Shown: piece by piece, positions 11,611-26,649 of the stretch
Layout: the number at the start of each line of letters is the position of its first letter
How positions within the stretch are numbered: the first letter of the stretch is position 1
NCBI RefSeq assembly: GCF_016433145.1
Contig: NC_058134.1
Span: 286,504,959-286,568,958 of the forward strand
Source of the DNA: Gracilinanus agilis
Taxonomy: Eukaryota
Direction: 5' to 3'
Length of the DNA stretch: 64,000 nucleotides
Notes under the pieces: generated by a model
What the model saw: only the letters and a program-made list of their open reading frames with translations
The model's database searches: none
What the model was told of the DNA's origin: nothing
Position numbers and translations under genes: made by a program

Positions 11611-13389
11611 TTAAAAGATGTTTAAAAAAAAAGAAAGACAAGCAGGACTTGAAAGCAGGATGTGGAGCTAGAGATGTTTATAATCTTAAAATCTTTTTTC
11701 CCTTTCCTTAGAAATGCCGCCATCTCTCTAAAGTTCGTTAGTTTTTCATTACATACATTCAATCCTAGTTTTAAAGCTCAGAAAAATGAGTAACTCCAAG
11801 TGGTCCATCCCACTTAATGACTCAGAAGCTATCTGGATGGCCCCTACTCTACTGGAGGCTCTAGGTTGGCTTTCAGGGAGCTGCCTGACCCCCAGCTTCC
11901 TGAAATCAGATTTCATTGATTTAAAGGGATAGTTGAGTCACTGGGTGAGGAATGGACCCCTGTGATCTCATTAGTAGAGGGAATTCGAAGGTGAGGAAAC
12001 CAGTTCCCTGGCTTTAAGACTCTTCCCTGTTCCTCTGATTTCTAAAAGCAAAATGTCCATTCACGAACAATGATGGACCATACGCCTTACAACTATTAGA
12101 CTATTAGATATTGCTATGTCCTTTATATTGTCTCATGTGGTCCTCATAAGATGCCTGGGAGGGAGGTGCTGTTATCCCCATTTTATCGATGGTTGACTTT
12201 CCCAGGGTGAGTGTCTGAAGTCAAGATGAACACAGGATTCCTAGATTCCAGGCCCAGAGCTCTATGGTGCCAAACAGTGGACCCCTGACAAGGATTCTTA
12301 AAAGGGGACCCCCAAGTGGAAAAAATTCCACTTTACCTCAACATAATGGACCCATTATAATCCCATTGAGAAGGTCCATGTTTTAAAAAGCTGAACATAC
12401 CCTTTCCTGGAGGTAGATCATCTCAAAGTACCAGAGTGGGGAAATACCCTAGTAGACAAATGTGCACAAATGAACTAGACTAGAACTAGATTACAAGAAA
12501 GTGCTCTGTGCCAGTCTGAAGAATGGGGTAAGGAGGGCTATGATGCTGAGAGCTCAGGGCAGAAGCTGCCCCATTGGATTTGAACTTAAGGCTCAACTGG
12601 CTGTGGATTGGGGAAAACTATCAAAAGGGCAGCTGGGGAGCCTGGAGACTTGGGTTCAAAAGCAACCTGACACAAGGTTAAAAAGCAAAGGAGGGCCAGT
12701 CCCACTGCTAAGGTAGGACTCATTGTTTACCTTCTGTACAACCAAAGGACACATGTGAGCCAGCAGAAGACACTCCCATCCCCCAACTGCCCACCTCTCC
12801 CAGTCCAGGAAACATCCCCAAACATTTGTCCTTCAGATCATTCTTCCCTACCCTAGCATGGTAGTTTTTCAGTGTTATTGAGGGCATTTGTAAAATGGAG
12901 ATAATAGCTCATCTGTGCCCCATGATTGGGAGGGTCAGACAACTGTTGGTTATCAGTATTTTGATATTTCCCGGGCACATTAGAAGAGCTACAGACCCGT
13001 TAGCTAGTGTTACGTTCATCACAGAGTGAGTGTCTTCAAATTAATTTCAGAAGGTGCTGCAGAGGGAGGAGACATTACAACAGGAGGCGGGTAATTCATT
13101 TTAAAAAACATTTTATTAATGCAAACAAATCAGAGTTGCAAGCTGCATGGCAGCCTAGAATCAAAAGCAGCTGCATACCAGCTAAATTTACAAGTGGCTT
13201 CAATGCTGGACCTTAAATGATGTTCCTGCAAAAAGAAAAGGAGGTTCATTCAGCAAGCACAAACAAGCCCATAGCCAGTTATCTCCTGCCCAGCTAAAAC
13301 CTGGCTGATTTACTGGCAGAGACCACAGTGGCAATGAGGCCTCAGAGAACCCTACTACCTGCCCCATGAAACCGGCCACATTTTAGTCA

Positions 13390-13535
13390 ATTTTTTTTAA
13401 ATTTTAAACCCTTAACTTATAGGTGGAAGATTGGTAAGGGTAGGCAATGGGGGTTCAAGTGACTTGCCCAGGGTCACACAACTGGAAGTGTCTGAGGCTG
13501 GATATGAACCCAGGGCCTCCTGTCTCTAGGCTTGG
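13390..13535 (-). mobile_element. Marsupial SINE copy (partial)
   Basis: caagtgacttgcccagggtcacac...ctaggcttggctctcaatc. Confidence 0.8.
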
Positions 13536-15324
13536 CTCTCAATCTAGTCAACTTACTTTTGAAGGAGCCACTTGGATCCGCCAAAGGCCTCTAGTTTCTA
13601 GAGGGCTGACCAGTGAGGGACAGCAACTTTCTTCCTGGAAAAGTAAGAAACTCTCAGTATTATCTCCTCCAGAGGCTTAAAGCCATTTTCAAAATACACC
13701 CCCCACCCCCAGCCACCCCTTAAAGAAGAGTACACCCCCACACTAGCCCTTTGCAAAAATTAAACAATTTAAAAACAAAAATGCTTAAAGGGTATTCCTA
13801 AAGCATTACTGTGAGCCACTGCTGAGAGATGGGAAAGAAAGAGGGCCATAGAGGCCCAATACTTTCAAGTATGATTATCAACTAGGATAATTAAAATTGC
13901 TGAGAGTTCAGGGCAGACTTCTTGGAAGAAGAGGCCCTTGATGGGTATTAATTACATTCCATTTCATCATGAGGGTGAGTGAAGACACTGCAAAGGGGTT
14001 TTTAAAGACTGATTTGATAAGTACAGCTAGACTGGACTAGTTAATAATCGGCTGGGCTCAACATGATCATTTAGCAAAAAACAAAAAAAACGAAACAAAA
14101 ACACAGAAAACTATAATTTCAGACAAACTATATGGACAGAAGTAAAATCTGTTCTTACCTACCAGTATAGCAATAAAACCTTTCCTTCTGGCTCTGACTG
14201 CTAGTCCTAAGAGTCAGATGTGCCTTACTCTTGTCTGCCTCCTTCCTTCCGATGGGCACTGAAACTTCTCTCCCTCCTAGCTTTCATGGATCGTGCCGAG
14301 GCCTGCCCCTGGCTTATCTCTGTACACTTGACTCCATACCACAAGTGTCTAAGCGAGGAGCCATTCGCGCTATACTTGCTAGCAGTTCCTAGTAGCTGAA
14401 CATCTCCTGGATCTTTAAAGCCATTGATTGTCACGATTCCTGAGGTATCTGCAAACTCCCTGAACAGTTAAGGTTCCACCTGCCATTGCAAACTCAGCCA
14501 ATAAAGCCCAAGGACTGGAGAACTTTTAAACACAGCATAACCATGCTTCCCGCCCCCTCCCCATACCCTCCCCTTCCCACTCATCCAGCCCCCACCCTAC
14601 CTCCCCCCCACCAAGGCTTTCCAAAAATCAGTTAAAAAGGGAAGGGTAACAAACCAATGGAATGGAGTACACAGACCTAGTAAAGAAAAGCTTCTTCTAG
14701 TCTACAGGGTACAAAGTTGCTGGGATAAACATAACAGAAATGGACTAAATGAGGGAACCAAAAGGCTTTAAGGAATGACTTTGGAACGTGTCTTCTAGGA
14801 AGTGGGGCTCAACACTACACTGTATGGCCCAGTTAGATGAGTCTGGGTGATGTGTTACACTCAGAAGGAAAACTGCAGTTGAGACAGCCTCTGGCAAGGC
14901 TGCCAGAAAGTTACTCTCAACTCCCCCCACCTCAAAAGCAAGGAATTTGAGACCTCCCCCCCAGGAATTGCTCCCCCAAATCCAGCTCCATCCATTTCAA
15001 CTTTTATCACTGCAGTTTTCCTTGAATGATCCTCAAGCCAGTACATGCTCTCTTAAATCAATCATGAACATGGCAAGAGCTTTACCCCCAACCTCCCTTC
15101 CCTCCATCCCTCAATTGGGGCTCTTCATTCTCTGGGGTATGGCATAACCCAGCTGGCTACTGCTGCTAGTGATCACTTTGAGCTTAATACTGGGAGATTG
15201 TAGATTCACTTTCTGGGAGTCAATATACACAGGGGGTCCCTTTCAGTTTCCATTCTAACAAAATTTCCAAATTATTTCAATGGTCAGGCATTTGAGAATA
15301 TCCAAGCTTTTCATCAGCTTGTTA

Positions 15325-15520
15325 AAACACCAAAACCCTTACTTTCTGCCTTAGAATCAATACTGTACATTGTTTCGAAGACAGAAGAATTTAGGGCTAG
15401 GCAGTGGGGATAAGTGACTTGCCCAGGGTCACAAAGCTAGGTGTCCCAAGGCTAGATTTGAACCCAGGACCTCCTGTTTCAAGGCCTGGCTCTCTATCCA
15501 CTGAGCCACCTAGCTGATCC
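15325..15520 (-). mobile_element. Marsupial SINE copy
   Basis: Reverse family core ending ctgagccacctagctg. Confidence 0.8.
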
Positions 15521-15781
15521 CAACTCTTTAACCCTGAAGCTTTGTTTGCAAGGTTTTCATTCTTAGGAATCAGTAAGTCAGATTTTGTGACTAGAAATTT
15601 CTTACTAGGGGGGCAGAGAAGCTTTAGCAACTGCAATTGCCAGTTTCACCATGGCAGGACTCCACTATAGAGCACACAAGGACTCTAGGCATATACTCAG
15701 GAGTTGTGATCACTTTAGGAGGGGCCTGCCATCACCACCTTGGGTCTAAACTTGAAACTGCATGCTTTTGGGGGCAGTTTA

Positions 15782-16171
15782 NNNNNNNNNNNNNNNNNNN
15801 NNNNNNNNNNNNNNNNNNNNNNNNNNNNNNNNNNNNNNNNNNNNNNNNNNNNNNNNNNNNNNNNNNNNNNNNNNNNNNNNNNNNNNNNNNNNNNNNNNNN
15901 NNNNNNNNNNNNNNNNNNNNNNNNNNNNNNNNNNNNNNNNNNNNNNNNNNNNNNNNNNNNNNNNNNNNNNNNNNNNNNNNNNNNNNNNNNNNNNNNNNNN
16001 NNNCCATACACAAAAAGTATTGTCNNNNNNNNNNNNNNNNNNNNNNNNNNNNNNNNNNNNNNNNNNNNNNNNNNNNNNNNNNNNNNNNNNNNNNNNNNNN
16101 NNNNNNNNNNNNNNNNNNNNNNNNNNNNNNNNNNNNNNNNNNNNNNNNNNNNNNNNNNNNNNNNNNNNNNN
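15782..16171 (-). other. HNRNPA1: Two N runs (222 nt and 147 nt, with a 21-nt island between) covering the HNRNPA1 non-coding last exon and proximal poly(A) region
   Basis: Upstream intron sequence ends ...ttagattaacaac just before the expected acceptor. The island reads gacaatactttttgtgtatgg on the minus strand, resembling the human 3'UTR as recalled. Confidence 0.7.
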
Positions 16172-16391
16172 GTTGTTAATCTAAAACACATATTAAGACT
16201 CAAAGCTATAATCCAATAGCAAGTTTTGTTCCCCATAGATTTTGCTGATCTGAATTATTAACATCCACAAATTTACTGCAATTAAAATGTTAACTATGTT
16301 GCACTGCTAACTACATTAGTATTACTGGGTTCATTAATAAATGTAAACTCAAGTGTGAAGCGAGAAGGTTTAATACTTACCTAACAGTTAA

Positions 16392-20043
<3,652 letters not shown>

Positions 20044-20699
20044 GGTGAGAACAGTGGCAGATCCTGCAGCGATGCTTCTCCAACGACGTCGAGGACAGAA
20101 AGGAGCTGGCTAACTAGCGTATCTGCCTCCCCACCTCCGGCCCCGCTTTTTAATCCCGCCTCCTCGCGTTCATCATTGGTAGACTCCGCCCCTACTTAGC
20201 GATAATTGGATAACTCCAATCATTCTATCTAGCGATTGGTCGGTGGTAGCGTATCTTTGCGTAACGTAATACGTTGCGTAAATTCCGCCCCAAGGAGGCT
20301 ACTGATTGGCTTTCGAGAAGTTCTTTTTTTTAAAGCATCTGATTGGCTCTTCTGCCAGTCACTCTTGTTTGAATGTAGCAAGTTTTTTTAAAGGTAATTT
20401 TTATTTTTAATTTACTAAAATATTACTTTATATTTAGTGAGAAAAACACTAATAAGCCTGGAAACTGGAAAAATAGAGTGGCTAACAATTACTTTTAAAT
20501 GCTTGCATTACTCTCAGAGCGCATGCGTGTCGCGACAGCGAATTAACGCAAGCGCAATAGAAAGACCTGAGGGCTATTTGTAACACGTGTAATGGCGGGG
20601 AAGAACGGACCTATGTAATACACCTGCGCAGTGGCGGGAGCCTTGCCCCTCTCTGCGCATGCGCAGTGGGCGGAGGAAGGGTTCTCCCTCGGATCGCGT

Positions 20700-20833
20700 G
20701 CGCAAGCGCAGCGGCGGATCCGTTTTGGCGGGCGGTTGGCGTTGCGCAGAAGGCGGCGGTGGTTCCTTGTGGTCCGGCCTCTTCGCAGAGGAACGGGGAC
20801 AAGGTTAGGGTGAGAGAACGCTCTCAGTCCCGG
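20700..20833 (+). other. CBX5: CBX5 non-coding exon 1 (start approximate)
   Basis: Within the CpG island; ends ctctcagtcccgg|gtaagt, a perfect donor; no ATG inside. Confidence 0.85.
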
Positions 20834-21577
20834 GTAAGTGGAAAACAATCACGTCTACACTTCTAGGTCCTTGGAGCAATTCCAATCGGGCCCGTTATTG
20901 TGTGAAATGAATGGACCGCTGGGGTGGGGGGGGGCGGAGGAAGAGCGACAGGATTAGTTAACCAATGGGAGAGCAGGGGGCGGGTGTAAGTGTTCTGATT
21001 GCCTGTCCTCTCTTCCAATGGCTGTAGAGGAGGGAACCCAATGGACGGATTTGACTGACAAGACCATAGGCCAATCGAGCCTCCGTTTGGTGGTTCCGAG
21101 TAACGACATCGGTCCTTGGGCCACAGGAAGGCGGGAGGCGGGTTCTTCTTGCCCGAGCTGGGACGCTCTAAGCAAATTGGAGAGAAGTGCGCGGGGAGGT
21201 TGGGCTCGCTGGAAAGACTAGAATCTAATCCCTATGTAGGAGAGGAGGGTCGGGACTTTGTGATAGATGGACGAAGCGAACAGCCAATAGGAGGTCAAGC
21301 CAAGGAAAGCGCGCGGGGAGACGGCCCAATCAGTGCACTAGCGGGAGGAGGGTTTAGATTTGGGGTTCCTAGGAAGGAGGATTGCCTTTTGGGGGTGGGG
21401 ATCCCCAGGGGATGACTTTGTTTTTCACGGAGGAGGCATATGGGCTTCCCCATTTATATTTCTCTGTCCTACCTGGTGTTTGTAAACCTAATTGATCTTC
21501 AGTGCTTGCCTGGGTTTGGTCCTTTTTCCATCTTAGGGTTCAGTGCAGGGTGATTGGGCAGAGGAAAAGCAAGACCG

Positions 21578-21748
21578 CATGTTTATCTGGAACCTTTCTT
21601 TGTACCCCATGTACACACGTACCCCAAGATCTCATGTTTGTCTGAACCTTCCTTTTAATCCTCCCTTCTCCCTCAAGCCCACATGTTAGTCTGGATCCTT
21701 GCTTTTAACGTAACATAACACATTTGTTTGGAACTTGCTTTTTAATAT
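21578..21748 (+). repeat. Four degenerate ~27-bp direct repeats with variable spacers, consensus CATGTTTGTCTGGAACCTTGCTTTTAA
   Basis: Copies start at 21578, 21633, 21682 and 21721 (manual alignment). Confidence 0.75.
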
Positions 21749-24700
21749 ACCCACACACACCCCTTTTCTTTTTGTACTGAAGGGAATTTCAGACCTTTCT
21801 CCACCTAGTCCTTTTGGTCATGTGAAAGTACCTCAATTGGAAAAAACTGACCTAGTGGCCTTGGGAGATTCAGAAGTTTTTTGATAGCTAGAGAGTCTCT
21901 TTGAGGAATCAAGATGATGCCTACCTGGCTCACATTTTCCTGTTCACCAGTTTTGTGATCAGGGATTCTCAATCAGTTGAGTTGAATGAAAGAAACTTCA
22001 GCAAATGCTTATTGCTTTGTTCCAAACAGATTTAGTAAGGGTTGAGGAAGTAATATTCTAGCTTCTTCGAAGTGATTTAGGAAATTGTTCCTTCTGATTT
22101 TGTACAACAAAAATGAATTTTTAAAAAAGACTTAAGTAAAAACTCAAAATTTGCTTCACTGTAAATTTCCATTTTCTCTAGTTTATGCAAAGGATTCTGA
22201 GCAGGCCCAGTAATTTCTTTGGTTTAGAGAAATGCTGAGAAATTCCTTAATTTCATTATTGTCAAGAGTTGCCTGGTATACAGAGATTGAGTGTTTTGCA
22301 GCGAATTACACCAAAAGGATATATGTACATGACACTAGATCTGAACCCCAATCTTCCTTATGCAAGCTCTCTGTCCACAATAGCAGGATGAATTTGAAGT
22401 GATCTAACCAAACATAATCTCAGAATTTGACCACAGGGATAATATGGCATAAATTAGAACTAATCTCTTCATCATTTGGTTTAAAATTAAGGGAGAGTTC
22501 GATTTAATACCACATTTGAAGAGAATCTCATCTTAATCTTTATCTTTGATGCAAACTGGAGATTAAATGTAGGAAGAAAGATTTTGATAGTATTTGAAAA
22601 TCAGACTAACTGTAGGAAAGCTCTTTTTCAAAGATCTAATCAGATCTACAGGCCTCAAATTATCCATAATATATTTTATGTTTCCTGTGCCTGGTTGAAT
22701 AAAAACAAATTCATCCAAATTTTTATTGTGGTTACCAACCTATGACCTGTTAAATGCTATACATTTTTATTAAGTTCACAAATATTTGAGTACTTAAGAT
22801 GAGTGTGAAAGTGCTTTTTTTCAAGGTGGGCTGTTATTTAGTTCATTATTTCTTGTATTTTTCAACCAGGTTGGACCTCTTACTTTCTGTTTTAATTAAA
22901 TGGCTTGTTCACACTTTTTTTTTTGGAAACTAGGGTCCCAAATCACTCTCCTTTCTTCAGTCAAGATTGGACAGCAGATTTACCATCTTTGGAAAAAGGT
23001 GTCCACCTTTTCTGTGGGGATTCATCTTTATAGCCTGTTATATAATATAATATATGTGTAATACATGGCAGCTTGAATGACATATTAAAGTGAATAAGGA
23101 CCATTGAAGTTGAAACAGCTTCACATTCAAACCTCAGAAATTTTTTGTTATACAACTAATCAGCAGTCCTTCCTTTAGTGTGTTTTGTTGAGAGTTTTTA
23201 ACTTGTATCCATCCCTCCTTGCCCCTACCCTACAGTTTCTTCCTCATGGGATATTTTACTGTGGTTTACAAATGGAATTTTTAAGTTTAATATGACTAGA
23301 GTCCAAGGTGCTATAACTAAATGGTCTGGTAAATATTACCCCATTTCTTTTTTGTCTAATATTGCTAATGTGGTCAACTCTGAGTCAAAGAAATTCCCAT
23401 TTGCCCATGTCATGTAGTACACAGGGTTTCAGTTTTCTGATTCAGACATTGAAGAATCTAGTTTGAGCAATGAGCTGGTTAAGTATACTGAGCAATGAAT
23501 GACTTAAAAAACAAACAAAAGGCCATTTATCTTGAAGACTGTTAAGGAGCTAGGGGAACCTCTGTAATTGGGAAACTGGAGAGCAGGATAATGGTTAAAG
23601 CTTAAAGCTTGTCTCAGGAAGGAGAAAGAATGAAGGATGACCTGATTTACCACCCTGTAGGAAAGATGTAGATCCTCAGATATCCTGTCAATAATAGCCT
23701 TAGAGAGGAAGGAATAAGCATTTATTAAGCACTGTACCAAGTGTCTCAAAAATTTCATTTGATCCTCCATATAACCCTTTGAGGTAAGTAGGTATTCTCA
23801 TCCCTGTTTTGTAGTTGAGGATACTGAAGAAGATGCAGCTTTAAATGATTTGCCCAAGTTCACACATCTGAGGTCAGATTTGAACAGGCCTTTCAGACTT
23901 AGTGCTCCATTTATCCCCTGTACCATGCAGCCACCTAAAGGTGCCTGGATTATAGTGAGAAAGCTGAGGGTGAGTGTTTTAGGCTTCTAAAACACTTCCT
24001 CTCTTCCCCTCTCCCCCCCTTGTCCTACTACTTGGCCTTTTTTTAAGGACTGCTTTTCTTACCACTTAGCTTATCAATTGTTGAGTCCATTCTAGTTCTT
24101 TTTCTAATGATGTGGAGATTTCTGACTTAAGAAGTAACAAGTAAGAGTTAAGAAGTAACCAGAAAGAGTTGTAGCAAGGTTTTCTTGTAATTTCTATTTA
24201 CACATTGTTATTGATGAATGTGGACTCTTGGGCAAGCTTCCCCCTCCCTCGCATAAACTTTGATTTCCCCTGGCTACTTGTAAAAGATGAATCTTCCTTG
24301 TAATTGTAGTAATGGGAAGGAATCCAGGTCGTCCAGAGAAGAGTTGGCTTGTGAGGAGTCCAAGACGCAGATTTGTTGGGATTTCTGTGAGCCACTGTAA
24401 GGCACATATTCATTTCTGATGACAACTTTACACTTGTGTTGGCAGAACACCCACAGTGACAACTGCCTGTGTTTAGTCTGTCCAGGAGCTCTGCCCGCCA
24501 GCATGTTTGGGGAAAAACCTACACTGTTCCTCTCAGCAGCTATGTCAATAATAGACCATTCTGGGTTTATCATGTTGAGTCTGCCAAGGGTTTCTTTGGA
24601 AAGTTGTCTCAGTTTACCACTGAGTTAGCAGGGGCAATGGATGTTGCCTCCTTGGCTGTCTATACAAGTTATTTTTTAAAATGGCTGCAGTTTTAAATTT

Positions 24701-25105
24701 TAGTAGCTTAAGGCTTTGGGAATACTCAGTATTTGGCTTAATATGTACCCAAGATAAGATTAAAAGAGGGTTGATTCAGGAGAGAAATTCTACATCTAAC
24801 TTAGGACTCTGATTTTTGCTTTCCTATTTTCCCCCATTCCCTTTACATCTCCACCTCTCTAAAATAATTTTAAACACAAAACATCAAGTCTTATCCGAAT
24901 CATTTCTTGAGAACCAGAAGGTAAGGTCTATACCCCTCCCTGGAGAGGTCTCTCTTTGGACAAGAGGGCCTAAGCTCCCTCTGCACTTCAATGAGTTCCT
25001 CTATTCTAGGATGGTAAGCTTAATAGCTCATATTTGTGGACCTAGAGTTTGCAAAGGGTTGTCTTTATTTTGTGTGAGGTAAAGTAGTACCCCTTTAACA
25101 GATTT

Positions 25106-25156
25106 GTGTGTGTGTGTGTGTGTGTATGAGAGTGAGAGAGGTTGAGAGAGAGAGAG
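25106..25156. repeat. (TG)n then (GA)n compound microsatellite
   Basis: Read directly. Confidence 0.9.
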
Positions 25157-26649
25157 CACTTTTAACTATGATCAGTCACTCACTCATTCCCAACTTTTAA
25201 ATCTGCTCTCTGTCTCCTAACGGCCCCTTCCTCCAGCTTTAAAATCATATGATTCAATGAATAATTGCCAAGTTAATCAGTCTTTGGGGAATTTCAAAAA
25301 AAACAATAGCTTTGATTAGTTTAACTTAGTGTTTCCTACCAGAGCTCTGGGTGTGCCCCTTGCTAATGGATAACTCACTTGTTGGCTTATTCAAACCAGT
25401 GCTTATTAGCTGGGTGTTTAAACCTCTTTAAAGAAAGGGCTTTCTAAGTAGGATTTAATGGGCTAGCTTGGCCTTTTCACTTTCATCCTCAGAGATATTT
25501 ATTGTAGTTCTCCTTCCCACGGGCCCCAAGTCCTCTAAGTCTGAAATTTGTCCCAAACTAATGAAGTCCTGGACAAAGTTGGCCTTCTTGGCTTGTATTT
25601 ACTTTCAGAAGAGAATGGAATGCATTTAGCCAGGGAGTTTGCTCTCACACTTTAGCAGTAGAGCTGCAGTAAATGTGGGATATGGGGGAAGAGGGGTGCA
25701 TTTTGCAGCTACAATAGTTGTTTCCTGACCACTGGGAGTTTTTCAGCTTTGGTGTCTTCCTGTTTCCCAGGGATCATCAGCATCTCTGGGACCAGAGAAA
25801 GGAAAGAGTAATCCAAAGCACAGTGAGCACATGGAACTAAATTCAGTAAAATGAAGCCCTGTCTTCTAAGAGGTCAACTGAGGCTCAGCTGTGAAGTCTT
25901 AGGTTTCATTCTTTGGTCCAGCCCCTTGACCTCTGAGAATCAGAGAGCTGTGTAAGATAAGTTGAGGGCTGATTTTCGTGGTCTTTCACTGTAGCTTATT
26001 TAAGAATCTGATAAACTAAAGGAGGAGCAAAGTAATAGATAAAAGAAAACCCAAGAGATAATCTCCAGACCTCATTTTGGTACTTCTAAATTTTCTCTGC
26101 TATCATAGCTTACCTTGTATTTCTCTGGGGCACAGAGTCTGTGAACTTTTTTGTATGTCATAGACCCCTGTGGCAGTCTTTAAGCTTAGTGACCCTTTCT
26201 CAGAATCATTTTTTTACTGCTTAAATTCATACTTGAAGGAAATCCTCACCCCACCCTCCAAAAATCTCTAGGACCCAGGGTAAGAAGCTTTGCTTTAGAG
26301 TCATCCATTATTTTTCTGGGAGGGTTAACAAAAAGACTTGGAGGCAGCAAGATCTGAATTTAGGTCCGCCCTCCAATCTCTCACACTATTACCAGGAATA
26401 AGTCATTTCACTTCTGAGCCAGTTTAACTCATTGATAAAATGAAGGGATTTTGGCTCCCAGATCTTCAGAGGTAGGGAGGAGATTACAAGTAGTAGCTGG
26501 GTGAATAATTAAATCTAATTTTCTTTATTTCTTACCTAGTAAGTATCCTTTTTCTGTCCACAGTTGACTGATTGGATTTTTTGTTTATCCTAATGTCTCT
26601 GGAGGTGCTAAATGGCAACTTGACCAAAAACAACAAAAAACCCACAAAT

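Noticed and set aside
21578-21748. CRISPR interpretation of the repeat/spacer array
   Set aside because: Mammalian intron, degenerate units, unequal short spacers, no cas genes. Kept only as an unexplained repeat.
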